Positions 14,120 to 27,934 of a stretch of DNA of 64,000 nt are shown here, piece by piece. Position numbers and translations under genes: made by a program. The DNA comes from Octopus sinensis (Eukaryota). The stretch spans positions 42,842,001 to 42,906,000 of the forward strand of contig NC_043005.1 of the NCBI RefSeq assembly GCF_006345805.1. Reading direction: 5' to 3'. The notes below the pieces were generated by a model. The model did no database searches. It was given only the letters and a program-made list of their open reading frames with translations, and was not told where the DNA came from. How positions within the stretch are numbered: the stretch's first letter is position 1; every line of letters starts with the position of its first letter.

Positions 14120-14266
14120 ACCTATCCATTCTTGTTGCTTCTTTCCCGCTTATAATCACCCCGCATTACTGTATTGTTAAAACAGTATAGTTCTTTTTGG
14201 TGCATCTAAGTTAGGTACCATATTCAAGTAAATTCATTTAAATTAACTTGAATCTTTATTGCTTTT

Positions 14267-14665
<399 letters not shown>

Positions 14666-15029
14666 CTCTCTCACTCTCTCTCTCTCTCTGTATATATATA
14701 TATATATATATTATCATTTACTCGGCCGAACCATCAAGTAAAGAGAATGCAGGTACACCAACACCCGTTGTCAAGAAGTAGTGGAGGACAAACACAGACA
14801 AACAAATGCGAGCTCGCACACACGCACTCACACATACACACACTCACACACATTTTTCAATTTCCGTCTACCAAATCGACTCACAAGGCTTCGTTGACTT
14901 CAGGCTATTATAAGAGACACTTGCCCAAGGTGCCACTTAGTGGGTCTGAATCCGGAACCACGTGGCTGGAAAACAAGCTTATTAGCATTCAACTAGCTAT
15001 GAACAGCTTATAGACATCGAGAAGCCTCA

Positions 15030-15590
15030 CCTCAAAGGGCAGCTCAGGAGAACAAGGTGAGTGGCTACATGGCATTTAAAGCTAGGCCTGCTCTCTCTCT
15101 GAGAAGACAATATCAATACTAAGTAAAGTCCTTCGGGGAATTGTACTTTGAGCACTACTGTTCGTGATGGCTCTTTTGGTCCTGCTTTCAGTCATACAGT
15201 CAGCGACTCTCTCTCCAGCTATGCACACGAAACCAAAGCATCATAATTACTTAATGATCCTGCGGATAACTCAAAGCTACAGAATGAAAGACCTAAATGC
15301 AATATATAGATTGCCTGAGAAAAACACATTGCTGTTCAATGCTGAGAAATTATAAGCTCTCCTCGATCAGCCACCAAACAGATTGCAAACAAAATACAGA
15401 GGACCTGGGGATATTGCAATCCTAGAGTCAGGGTCAGTGTGTGACAAGGGAATCCACATCAGTTGTGATGCATCACTTCGTGTAAATATTGCTAAGGCGA
15501 TTGACTGTTTAAACTCTGAGATCATTTAGAGCATGGTAAAAGAAAACCACCTTCTTTCTTATGGAGAACACTTGTTCTAAGTCACCTGGA
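15030..15590 (+). pseudogene. Decayed LINE reverse transcriptase fragment (CR1/L2-like)
   Basis: Remnants KDLNAIYRLPEKNTLLFNAEKL and a GS.LGP.LF-like stretch near 15168; stops and frameshifts. Confidence 0.5.
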
Positions 15591-15762
15591 CATTTGAGTA
15601 CGTAAAATTCTCTTGAAAACTGTTTTCTATTCTCTTCTATTTTTCTATATTTCTCTATGAAAATAGAAAGCTTGCTTATATTTCAACTTAACACATTTCT
15701 GTGTCTGTGCAAGTATTTGGGTGTGCACAAAATCATTTGTGTGAGTGAATGAGTGAGTGTGT

Positions 15763-15848
<86 letters not shown>

Positions 15849-15900
15849 GTGTGTGTGTTTATTTTATGTGGTAGAGATATGACTTAGTGGATATAACATA

Positions 15901-16665
15901 TACTTCCCTTTCAGTTTCCGTCAACCAAATCCACTCATAAGGCTTTGGTCGGCCTGAGGCTATAGTAGAAGACACTTGCTCAAGGTACCATGGAACGGGA
16001 CTAAACCAAGAACCATGTGGTTGGTAAGCAAACTTCTTAGCACACAACCACGGCTGCGCCTGCATGGAAGCTCCGCTTCATAAAGTCAGCTTCATCACAC
16101 ATCTTGACACGTTGATTCTACTACTGACTCTTACATTAAGGATATACGTTATGCAGAATATTCAGTCGCTTGTTGTGTGCCCCACTTCGGTCATGAATGA
16201 CCATGGGACTGCACTTAGAAAGTTACCCTCCGAGGCACAAGTCCGGGCAGCAGTCGTCCACGCATACCAGCCTCCTCTCCACGCCACCGATGTTATCCAA
16301 GGGAAAAGCAAAGGCCGATACATCTTGGCACCAGTGGAGTCGCAGCTCATTTATTAACGTGCAACTGGTAGAGCACTCGACAGACACGTGTACCCTTAAC
16401 ATAGTTCTCGAGGAGATTCAGCGTGACACAGAGTGTGACAAGGCTGGCCCTTTGAAATACAGGTACAACAGAAACAGTAAGAAAGAGTGAGAGAAAGCTG
16501 TGGTGAAAGAGTACAGCAGGGCTCACCTCACCCCACCCCTGACGCAGCCTCGTGGAGCTTTAGAGGTTTTTGCTCAATAAACACTAATAATGTCCGGTCT
16601 GGGAATCGAAACCGCGATCCTACGACCGCGAGTCCGCTGCTGTAACCACTGGGCCATTGCGCCGC
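15901..16665 (-). mobile_element. Cluster of SINE fragments: family A 5' half (15901-16062), family D (16180-16355), family B (16355-16665)
   Basis: Each matches other copies in the window (22770, 34370, 53637); tRNA-like A/B boxes on the minus strand. Confidence 0.8.
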
Positions 16666-17198
16666 TTACGCTACAAATTAATAGGCAGGTCACTCAGTTG
16701 ATCAAGCAACTAAAATGCTCATCGTCGAAACCTACTGAGATCCGTTTTTATTGTAGTTAACTTATATGTGCACTGAGGAATCTATGCCTTGAGCCTCTCT
16801 GTGTTTTCTGCATTAGATTTTGTGCTTTCTGAAAAATAACAAATTCATTATAATAGCAGCATCTACGTTAAAAGTGCAACATTATATTGTCAGTTTCGAT
16901 TTGAATTGTTTAGAAATATCGAATAGAAAAGAGAGAAAACTGAGGAAAACAAAAGTAACAGAACCGTATATACCATTCATATATCCTATATATATTCATA
17001 TATGCATGCACATACACAGACATACACACACACGAATATATACACACATAAACAAGCATATACAAGCATGACTGACATATATATATATATGGTATGTATG
17101 CACACATATGTGTGTGTGTGAGTGTGTGTGTACAAGCAAATATATACTTATACATATATATATATATATATATATATCGATATATATGCGCATGTGTG

Positions 17199-17278
<80 letters not shown>

Positions 17279-17305
17279 AATAAATAAGTATATATAAATA
17301 AATAA

Positions 17306-17372
<67 letters not shown>

Positions 17373-18149
17373 GCTTACGTGTGTATGTGTGTGTGCGTGT
17401 GTGTACATTGTCCAAAGGAGTAATAATTCAAGAAAAATAAAAATAGGATACTGAGAGAAAATGTTGAATGTAATTTTCAAAACCCTGTCTGGAATTATAA
17501 GATGCAATTCAAATATTTGCAGAAGGTCATCAAAGAATTTAGCAAGCTTCTATTTTGAGGGAAGTGTAAACAATATCCTTCAGTGAATTTATTTTGTTCT
17601 CTTGCAGTTACCGAGTGCTCTCCTCGTTTCGTATTCATTTCAACGTACTATTGTCTTTGAGGTTCACCAATAAATGTGAGAAGTAGGGTAGCTACAAATG
17701 TAGAGTATGAACTAAAGATTTTTGTCAACTTCAAAGAATTTGTTTCGCATAAATTTTGTTGGATTTCTTCTTAAACCGGTTTAAAAATCAGACGTTATTT
17801 TGAGTTCGTGACGTTTATTTTAAGCGACTATCGATAATTTAGCGACACAGAAAGTTCTTGATACTTTTATCACGGCAACTACATATACTCATACATACAT
17901 ACATACACAGGCATTCACCCAAACATATATGTACACACACTGAGAAATGAGGACATGCGTACTCACACATACATATACTCAGTGTTGCTATGAATGAAAT
18001 TTGAGAAGTATATTCATGCTTTCATAGGAAATATTCTGCAGCATGCCTATAAGTTTTAAATATGAATAATCTTCCATATATTCATGTTCGAAAATGCTCA
18101 TACTGTATATCAGTAAAGTTGTGTGCGTGCTTGCGTGTGTGTGTGTGTG

Positions 18150-18182
<33 letters not shown>

Positions 18183-19129
18183 TGTGTGTGTGTGTGTGTG
18201 TGTATGTGTGTATGTGTGTATGTGTGTATGTGTGCGTGTGTGGTAAATGCCCCTTAGTTTTATGCATGTTAGCATGATGCAGACATATAAGAGGATTTTT
18301 CAAGAGTTTTTATTTCTCGTTTACTTATATATTCTTTAACACACTTAATCAGTCCTAACTTATCGACTGAATACGTCTACTTAACAGTTAAATGTCATCT
18401 TGTTATTAGACTTACGAAGGGTCGATCCATGGACAAGTGTGTCAGTTATCCAGACCATTTAGTTGTAAATATGGATTACAGAGCACAGCTATAAAGGGAG
18501 CATACTCGGTGCAAAAGTAACAGCTGTTTCGTTAGATTCTTAGATTGATTTTCAACCTCAAAGGAAGTTGTAGGACTGGACACCGATTATATGTTTATTC
18601 TTTCAGAGAAGCGACGAAATTATCGGAAATTATACAGCATGTAGACCTCTTTGTATGAAGTCAACTGGCGTAGTGAAACCAAAGAGCAGGGGCGGACCTA
18701 ATTGGGGGCTGAGAGTCACGTGCCCCTCCCCCCTCAAGAAAAGAAGTGCGCTCTTCTAAATAATATTATTACTCCCTTTTCTCCTGGAAGTGTATTCCCT
18801 TCTGACCTTGAGCCATCCCTTCGAAAAAATAAAAAAACGCATTCAACGAAAAGATTTTGATACGCTTGGCATCTAATTTCTTAGTTTTTCATGAATTTAA
18901 TATGACACGGATTAACAATAAAAATGAATATTCAACTAAATCTGTCTGTATTTTATACTACTAAATTATTCATAACAACCTGTGACCTGTTGCCTCATAT
19001 TTAATTCTATTTAAACAAATACCTATGTCTACAAATAAGAATCTTATTTCATATGACATGTCCGTCGATTTACGTGACCTTACATATGCTCTTCTTTGGT
19101 CTCACCAAACCAGATGACCTCATACTGGC

Positions 19130-19430
19130 ACTCCGTCGGTCACGGCGACGAGAGTTCCACTTGATCTGATCAACGGAACAGCCTGCTCGTGAAATTAACG
19201 TGCAGGTAGTTGAGCACTCTACAGACACGTGTACCCTTAACCTACCCGTCATGGAGATTCAGTGTGCTACAGAGTGGGACAAGGATGGCCTTTTGGAATG
19301 CAGGTACTACTCATATTTGCAACGTGAAATAAAATCTTTCGCTCAAGGACACATGCGACACCGATTTTCGAACCCATGATATTACGATCATGAGCCGATT
19401 ACCTTAACCACTAAACCACGCCTCTTCACC
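19130..19430 (-). mobile_element. Composite SINE: family B 3' domain with a D-like tRNA head
   Basis: cacggcgacgagagttccacttgatc...gcaacgtgaaataaa...accactaaaccacgcctcttcac. A similar composite lies at 36045-36352. Confidence 0.7.
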
Positions 19431-20711
19431 AGTTGATCTCATACAAAGTAGTGTACAAGCCTTTTGACTTATTTTCATGACTAAGGTTGTCTATAATCCA
19501 TTGAAGCCCAACGCTGTAAGACGAAAACTAAGCTGTTTAAATAAAGACAGCTGAGTGCCTGCTTCAAACGTGGTCAGTATTTTATCACTAAGGAATGTGA
19601 TGCAACACAGTGGTGCACGAGTTCTAAACTGAAACAAGATTATATTTTTTTAACTAAATTGTCGCTGTTGGACAGCTCGGAAGGAACTAAGCACAAACTT
19701 ATAAATAGTTTCTACTAATAAGAATTATTAACGTTTTTTTTTTTTAGCTGTTACGGTTATTGAAACATTTTTGCGCACCGTTGTATGTTACTTGCCTTTC
19801 TAAGGCATTTTTCAGCTGATTTACAGGAAACTGGTGAAACGATCTTTTGCGAGTCCGGACAGCAAAACTCCAGTTTCGATAAAGATCCACTGAATTTTAC
19901 TTCTACTTGTTGCTCCAAAAAGAATATCAACAATAACGTGCAGAACAGTCAGGAAGTACAAGGCATTGGGCTATGCGAACGGTCTTCCGCTTTTAATTTT
20001 GGGGTTCATATTAGTTTTTGATTGGAATCTCAATCTAACTACAGCCATCGATATCTAACGATTTAGTGAGCAACCTTGAGTTACGTTCATCACAATACAC
20101 AGCTAAAGTTTCCGGAACTACGAATGTCTATGAATTTTTATAGAGAAAACTGTAAACGGCTGAGTCATTGATAGACTTTTAACATAGAAAGTATACAGGC
20201 AAGTGTTGTAGAAAGGATAGAAAGGTTTACCAGTTCTTCTGAGAATTTACAGGCCTTTAATGAGTGTTCCTTTTATCCTTCAATTTTTAGCAAGTGATAT
20301 CGCCAACGGGAAAAACGATGGGTAAAATTCTCCCAAATACACCCACTTTGACTGCAGTGAAGCACAGCTGCATAAAAAGAAACTCTTTTAGAGGATTATT
20401 TACTTCATAATTTTAAATTCTTGTCTAACCCATTTGATGGAGTCTACTGTATAATTTTCTACTTGAAGATCAGTGTCAAAAATAAGAGAATCTTTCATGA
20501 ATATTTCCAAAGTATCGGCCTGATCTGCGGCTGAAGTAACGCCTTGAATTTTGTTTTCTGATTCTTGCACAGATGGAAGAAATTCTAGTCATGAATGAAT
20601 AGTGAATATATTGCTCTCAGCTGCAATAATTTTGGAGCTGCAGTCTAGCAATGTAAGCTGAGATTCTAAAAAGATTTTATGTATCAGCCAACAAAAATTC
20701 GTTGTCAATTG

Positions 20712-20846
20712 TTCACAAACGGTGTGCTCGTAGTCAGCTATTTGCAAATGGCGTGTTTGTAGTCCGTTATTCGCAAATGACGTGCTTGTAGTCAGTCGTT
20801 CGCAAATGGCGTGCTCTTAGTCAGTTCGCAAATGGCGTGCTTGTGC
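20712..20846. repeat. Minisatellite, about 29-bp unit, about 5 degenerate copies
   Basis: The unit tcgcaaatggcgtgcttgtagtcagtcgt is visible in tandem. Confidence 0.85.
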
Positions 20847-21922
20847 TATACTACAACTTTGCTGGACGACTGAATCAAGGCCCTTCTTTTTAAACCAGTT
20901 ACGGTGTCATCATTGACGGTGTACCTAAAAATAATTTCAAAAAATTTTTGGAAATGGAGTTTGCTAGGATTCGCTTGGATAGTAGTCACTCGTTCCTTCG
21001 AATGTAGTTTTACACCTGTCGTAACTGCTTCGTTCATTTGGTAAAGTAAGTGTTTGTTTGCATGTTTTGCTGTTATTGTTTGAAGTGTTACCAACATTTT
21101 GTGTGTCACTGTTAATCTACATAGAAATATCGATATGTTTGTCTTTTGTTGAATCTTGTGTATTTTTGCTGTTTATAATTTTCGCTTTCATTTCTTTTCG
21201 GTTGGAAAAGCATGTTTTATTTATCAATATTTTTTTATGGTAGAAGTTTCCGTTTATTGTTGTAGATGAATTCTATTGTTTAAAAATCTCCGATGAGAAA
21301 ATACAAAATATCAAAAAGAAAACAAATACTTACCTCATTTATTTTAGTTAAAAAGTAAAACCCATTTGTTTCAAGGTCCCATTGTATTCTAAAGTTAAAG
21401 AGGAAAAAAGATGTACTATTCACTTTGAAATAGGTAAAATATCCTTTTATAAGCCTAACAGAAACTAAGAAAAAAGAATATTTTAACGCGAAAAGTAACA
21501 ATATCTTAAAATATACAAGTTAAATATTCAACAAATAAAATAATAATGACTCGTATCAAGGTTTGCCTTCTCAAGCAAGGATGAGAAAATACTTACTAGA
21601 ATAGATAACTAGCTTCTAAAACCGAGTGCGGAACTTCCACTATCATTGGAATTGTGACCAATGTTAACCTGGAGTCTCCGGTTTATTTGTTTTTATTTTG
21701 TTTTGTGTTGTTTTTTCTTCGCCGGCTTCCCTTTCCTCCTCTACTTCGGTTACTCAGGCAAAAAACCCTTTAGATGGTAATTGCTTTCATAACTATCGCT
21801 AAAGGGATGCACTGGAAGGTAGTACGCCCTCAGTATTCAATGGTGCACCTTCGGATTTAGAAAATACATTATTTACATTATTTACATTTGATGGATATTT
21901 GTCCTCATCTTGATTATTGTTA

Positions 21923-21967
21923 GCACAACGTTTCGGCTGATATACTCTCCAGCTTTCATCAGGTGTC
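21923..21967 (-). ncRNA. Minimal type I hammerhead ribozyme
   Basis: GACAC-CTGATGA-A-AGCTG-GAGAGTATAT-CAGCC-GAAACGTT-GTGC. Palindromic ACGT helix III, GUU triplet; one mismatch each in helix I and helix II. Confidence 0.7.
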
Positions 21968-22215
21968 TTGGGGAAATTTCGAACCTAGGTTCTCATTCTT
22001 AAGGTATTTTTAATGTTATTACTATTATTATTTTTTCCTTCTTTCTTCAAATTTTCTTCCATTTCTCGCCGAGTGTTTTCCGTACACCTAGGGCATAGAA
22101 GCTCATTGTATGCATTCCCAGATTACACACGCAAATTCACAGGTAAGATATGTATTTAAAAAATTAATAAATAAATAAATTCATGAATGGGTGTTGTTTT
22201 CACGGCGATAATGCT

Positions 22216-22256
22216 CTGATGAAGGCTGGAGGGTATATCAGCCGAAACGTTGTGTT
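22216..22256 (+). ncRNA. Minimal hammerhead core lacking its 5' helix I strand
   Basis: CTGATGA-A-GGCTG-GAGGGTATAT-CAGCC-GAAACGTT-GTGTT. Helix II is perfect; upstream atgct does not pair with GTGTT. Confidence 0.6.
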
Positions 22257-22646
22257 AACAACAAACAACATAAGGACAAATATCCGTCAAATGTAAATAA
22301 CGTAAATAATGTACATAATTCCTCATCTCTTAAATATAGAACTGTATTAGAAAATACAGTTTACAAAAGTCTTCCCGCACTACGTTGCTTGAAGCCTGAC
22401 TAACTTTTCTTCTTAAACTATGCCCGCCGCTAAGTGGATTCACTGGATGGTACTCTCAATGGCACACCCTCAGATTTAGAGAAAATCTTCCTGCAATACA
22501 GATTAGTGCTCACCCAGAATGTTCTGAAGCACTCCACCATACACCAAAGTCTGGTGACGGGCCTGCCTCTGCTATTGATTCTGCAACACGACTTTCATGG
22601 TTTACATTGTTGACTGGATAATCTGGTATAGCTCTGTAGTTTTTTG

Positions 22647-22677
<31 letters not shown>

Positions 22678-22769
22678 TTTTTTTTTTTAAGAGGACAAAA
22701 CTAAAAGCAAGTCAGCAATCAACACCATGGCTAATACTTCTTATCACCATCCAGTATTCGTTCAGACTA

Positions 22770-22926
22770 GGAGTGGCTGTGTGGTAAGTAGCTTGCTTAC
22801 GAACCACATGGTTCTGGGTTCAGTCCCACTGTGTGGCGCCTTGGGCAAGTGTCTTCTACTATAGCTGCGGGCTGACCAAAGCCTTGTGAGTGAATTTGGT
22901 AGACGGAAATTGAAAGAAGCTTGTCG

Positions 22927-23002
<76 letters not shown>

Positions 23003-23227
23003 CATGTATGTGTTTGTGTGTCTGTGTTTGCCACCCCCAACATCGCTTGACAACCAATGCTGGTGTGTTTACGTCCCCGTAACTTAGCGGTTCGGCAAGA
23101 GAGACCGATAGAATAAGTACTAGGCTTACAAAGAATAAGTCTTGGGGTCGATTTGCTCGAATAAAGGCGGTGCTCCAGCATGGCCACAGTCACATGACAA
23201 ACAAGTAAATGAGTAAAAGAGTAAAAA
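22770..23227 (+). mobile_element. Full-length SINE family A (tRNA head, CORE-like ttgggcaagtgtctt, internal microsatellite, AAAAGAGT-like tail)
   Basis: gtggctgtgtggtaag...ggttcagtcccact...gagtaaaagagtaaaa. More than ten further copies in the window. Confidence 0.9.
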
Positions 23228-23819
23228 ATGTAAGAAGCGCTTATCCATCTCACAATTTCAATTCCTTTCCTTGCTTTCCGTCTAAGCATTTTTGTGCTAA
23301 ATGTTAAATAGATACAAACTTGTTACCAGCTCCAATATTCGAACCTGTAAGTAAGAACCTGTATTTTGTCATGCAGAAAATTTTTCGCTATAGACAAATA
23401 GGTGTAGAGTGACCCCTAACCATGACTTTCTCATGGGTTTCAATATGCCTGAAGCACATTTGAACTGGCAGCAAGTATATATTTATACACATTATCGCTT
23501 AGAGCTGTTACTCTGTAATTCAGTGGATCCCAATTCTTTTCGGGCTGCCGCCCTCTTGATAACCGGGCCACATTCCTAATGCCCCCATCCCAACTAACCA
23601 TCACAAACATAGACTTCTTTCTAAAGTAAATTCAAAGCAACTCTATTTCACAAATAAAACTTAACCTAATAAACCCATTATTTTGCTGGTTTTACACGAA
23701 TCTCTACTCCATTATCACCCCACTTTTCTTCAACGCCCCCTTGGAAATTTCCACTGCCCCAGGGGGCAGTACCGCCCACTTTGAGAACCACTGCACATAG
23801 AGAGTTCCATTGACCTTAC

Positions 23820-24114
23820 CGCGTTGAATGGTGAGTGCTCTCCACACAATAGACATACACTTAACTGTTGTCTTCGCTGCAAATAAAAGTCCTTGGTATA
23901 TTTTAGTATACACGAAAATGTGATCTTTCTCCTTGCAAATGTTTGAATAAAATCTACAGATAAAGAGACAAATGATCTTGGCCTATCATAATTTTTCCAA
24001 TTCACATGCTTTTTTCCGCACGAATCTGGCATTGTCACCCCCTCCCCCGTTTCATCACCATTATCAACGTCGTCGTCGTCGTCGAAGTCGTCATCATCGT
24101 CAATAGGGCCGTGG
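23820..24114 (-). CDS. Best-supported coding exon of an unidentified gene (HGPIDDDDDFDDDD...KNYDRPRSFVSLSVDF...VCLLCGEHSPFNA)
   Basis: Open frame of 98 codons. Acceptor cctttctttttattggcttcattcctgagcag and canonical donor GCG|gtaagg. 295 nt, phase 2 to 0. Confidence 0.6.
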
Positions 24115-24319
24115 CTGCTCAGGAATGAAGCCAATAAAAAGAAAGGCTACCTAAGTCCAATGAATTCTTCTCCCTCAGTATATAACTGGTACCATAGGAA
24201 AAACGAAAAGTAAGCATCAAATATCAAGTGTTATCACATATTTGGAGCTGTGATATGTGTTCAACCATAACAATGGTGGAGATGGGAGTGCTGGTGGAAG
24301 TGGTGGTGCGGAGGCGGCG

Positions 24320-24518
24320 GAGGCGGCGGCAGCGGTGGCGGTGGTGGTGGTGGTGGTGGTGTTACTGATGCCGGAGCTGGTATTGGCCAAGATAAAAACG
24401 GGTAAGCTTGAAAAAGACATTGCAAAAATATTATAATATCGATGTGAATGATGATGGCGTGGCTCCTGATGTCTACAACGGTTCGTTTCTTTCATCATCA
24501 TCATCATCATCATCATCG

Positions 24519-24566
<48 letters not shown>

Positions 24567-24745
24567 CTTTCCTTATCATCATCATCATCGTCGCCATCAT
24601 TCTCATCGCTATCGTCATCATCAACATCATCATCATCAGCATCATCACCATCATCATCATCATCATCATCACCATCTTCATCGTCGTCATCGCCATCGTC
24701 GTCGATGACAACATCATTATCCTTATTATTACAATCATATCATCA
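24320..24745. repeat. Trinucleotide low-complexity tracts (GGC/GGT)n and (TCA)n
   Basis: Directly visible; source of the poly-M, poly-S and poly-H ORFs. Confidence 0.95.
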
Positions 24746-26352
24746 TCTTTCAAAATTTGCTGAATAGGAAGAAGAAAAAGATTAAATATGATTTATAATT
24801 CATACGCTGCGTATTTGCTTTTTAAAGCAGAAATAAAGTCAAAGGATACAAACCGATTTTCGTTTTTTTCACTCTTCTTTTCCAATGTCCGCGGTATTAG
24901 TTTTGTCTAAATATACGAGTATGCCTATCTATGTAAGTGCGTGTGTATGTGTACATTGGTTTCTCTGTGTATATATATAAAGCAGTTATAAACAGAACTG
25001 GACGATTTTGGCTTCAAATGTCATCCTCTCTGCATACGCACATAACCATATGAATACATATATATAATAATGTATATGCATGTGCCTATATATATATATA
25101 TATATATACACGCACATGCATATGTATTATTATATATGTATGTATTTATATGGTTATGTGCGTATGCCAAAATCGTCCAGTATATATATATATATACATA
25201 CACATACACAAACACATATATACATATACACATATATATACATACACACACACACATATACATATATACACACGAATATATATATATGTTTGTAGGTATG
25301 TATGTATGTATACGTATATATGTATATATGTATATATGTGTGTATAGTCAGTCCATAAAAAAAATAGCAATAGAAGTGAAATAAAACAAATAGATTCGTT
25401 TACGTGAATTATTCAGCACTATCGATCTGCGATAAATGTTAAAAACGGCCGCTTCAGAAATTTATTTTTATTCTACATGATGTCGGCAGAATTGCAGATA
25501 TTTCTAAGAGTCTCTGTGCCTGATCAAAACGTTCTGGTTCTTGTATTTTTTTTTGTGTTTTGGTTTTGTCTTATGATTTTTTTTCTTCCTATTTTAATAT
25601 AAGACTAGTTGTCAAGAATTTCATATGCGATTTCGAAGATAGAGTTACTAGATGAAATTTCCCTTTTGTTTTTCTTTTTAAAACTTGATGCTTTTGTAAT
25701 TGCGAAAAAAAAGAAAGAAAGAAAAAAGGACCTTTGAGGCATCGATGCAATGGTGTGACAAAACCTCTCCGACGAGGTTGAGGTAGAAGACAAATTATTG
25801 TTGTTACATTCAACCAATCATTTGCTGAAACAAGTGTGCTCGAGGTCACTTTGTAGAATTGTAAAATATCTAAAAATAGCAAAAACTAGATAAGGTCAAG
25901 GGAAATCAAAAAAGAAAGTAAAATTAACTGGACTAAATCAGTTCTGAGAACCAACGGAAATAGACCCACCGCACCTCAACTTATTGGAAAGATGGGAAAA
26001 GAAATTTATACCGTTGGCACACTTCGGTTAATTTAGCATTACTACTGCTACTACTACTATTATTATGACTACTGGTGTTATTATGACTATAAGTGGTAGC
26101 ACTAAAACACCGAAAGTAAAACGAAATGCAGTGAGAATAATAATACTACAGGCAAAGAGCTTGAAATTTTGAGGGAAGGAACGAATCGATTACGTCGACG
26201 CCATTGTTTCACTGACGCTTAGTTTATCGACCCCGAAAGGATAAAAAACAAAGTTGACCTTGGCCGAATTTGGACCAAGAACGTGAAAACGGACGAAATA
26301 CGGCTAAGCATTTTGCCCAGCGTGCTAAACATTTTGCTAATTCACCAACCTC

Positions 26353-26399
<47 letters not shown>

Positions 26400-26401
<2 letters not shown>

Positions 26402-26832
26402 TAAAAAAATAAAAATAATACTCTCTTTACTCTTTTACTTGTTTCAGTCATGTGACTGTGGCCATGCGGGAGCACCGGCTTTAGTCAAGCAAATCGACCC
26501 CAGGACTTATTCTTTGTAAGCCTAGTACTTATTCTATCGGTCTCTTTTTCCGAACCGCTAAGAGTTACGGGGACGTAAAAGACACCAACCAGCATCGGTT
26601 GTCCAGCAATGTTGGGGGGACAAACAGACACACAAACATATACACACACACATACATATATACATACATATACATATATACGACGGGCTTCTTTCGGTTT
26701 CCGTCTACCAATTCCACTCACGAGGCTTTGGTCGGCCCGAGGCTATAGTAGAAGACACTTGCCCAAGGTGCCACGCAGTGGGTCTGAACCCGGAACCATG
26801 TGGTTGGTAAGCAAGCTACTTACCACATAGCC
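26400..26832 (-). mobile_element. Full-length SINE family A
   Basis: Reverse complement of the 22770 consensus over its full length. Confidence 0.9.
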
Positions 26833-26836
26833 AATG

Positions 26837-26869
<33 letters not shown>

Positions 26870-27379
26870 TAATAATAATAATATGAAATGCGGTGGAAAA
26901 GGAAAGAAAGGAAAACAAAACTTCAGCAACAATATCAACAACCACAAAAACAACACAAATAACAAAAACTGCTGGAAAAGTTTTTAAAAAAAAAACACAC
27001 ACACACACAAGAATGACCTGACAATAGCAATGGTTGCAAAATCTGGAACAATTCAACAAAAACGGAACAAATAATGAAGATGCTGGTGATAACAACAACA
27101 ACCCCGTCGACAAAACAAAAACAAAAACAAAACAATAACTGGCAGCAAGAAAAAATCACACACCAAACAAAAGCTGCCACAGCAGATACAACAATAAAAC
27201 GTTAACGATAAGAAAAACAGTAGGTTAATCTATTGGCCATTCAGTAAAAATGTCGGTAATTCAATAGTTGTCCATGTTTGTTTTAAAAAATAATATTGAA
27301 TTTATCATATTGACTTTTACATTAAAAGAAATGAACTTATGTTATGGCTTCAGCTTCCGAGCACCGTCTCTCTCTCCCC

Positions 27380-27411
<32 letters not shown>

Positions 27412-27934
27412 GCTTTTTCTTTCTCTCTCTCTGTCTTTCTTTCTCTCCCCGACTTTCTCCGGCGCTGCTAATATAACATTATTACAGCGGAAAATATTTC
27501 AAGAAAGAAAATAGACGCAACGGTGTATTCTTTAGGCCTGATTCCATTATATAACCTTAGCCTTTTATAAAACATTTTTCTCGTTCTCTTTCCACCAACC
27601 TCTCCTTCTCTCTCTCCCTCTCTCTCTCTCTCTTTCTTTCTCCCATGCAAATACACACACGCACATACACACACACGCACCTCTCGTTCTCTCCCTCTCG
27701 TGTTTTGCGAACATATGAATAATTACATGGGTTAATTGGAAGATGTTACAAAGGGACTGGTCTGCGATTTTGTTTTCCTCGGCTGAACTTTGTCGCATGT
27801 CACGAGTTCATCATCAGAAGTTAAATATTTGAATTATTCTGATTGCTTTTTACCAACTATTTACTACGCACTAAACATTGGAAAGTTTCCAATGGTTGTT
27901 GTATGAGGAGTAGGTGAGATCGCTTGACCTCCCC

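Larger units (their letters stand above)
11992..14149. mobile_element. PLE-derived inverted-repeat element: 806-bp arms, 546-bp spacer, a hammerhead in each arm
   Basis: 11992-12797 is the reverse complement of 13344-14149 with 3 substitutions (12179/13962, 12660/13481, 12721/13420). No coding domain recognised. Confidence 0.85.
21869..22346. mobile_element. Non-autonomous PLE-type cassette with inverted ends, two hammerheads and a direct-repeat flank
   Basis: About 21866-21962 is the reverse complement of about 22216-22312. TTAGAAAATACA flanks both sides (21857-21868 and 22347-22358). Confidence 0.8.

Noticed and set aside
23992-24213. Plus-strand Ser-rich frame ending at an AAAA|gtaagc donor
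   Set aside because: No acceptor or ATG after the upstream stop; over most of its length it is the antisense shadow of the minus-strand exon.
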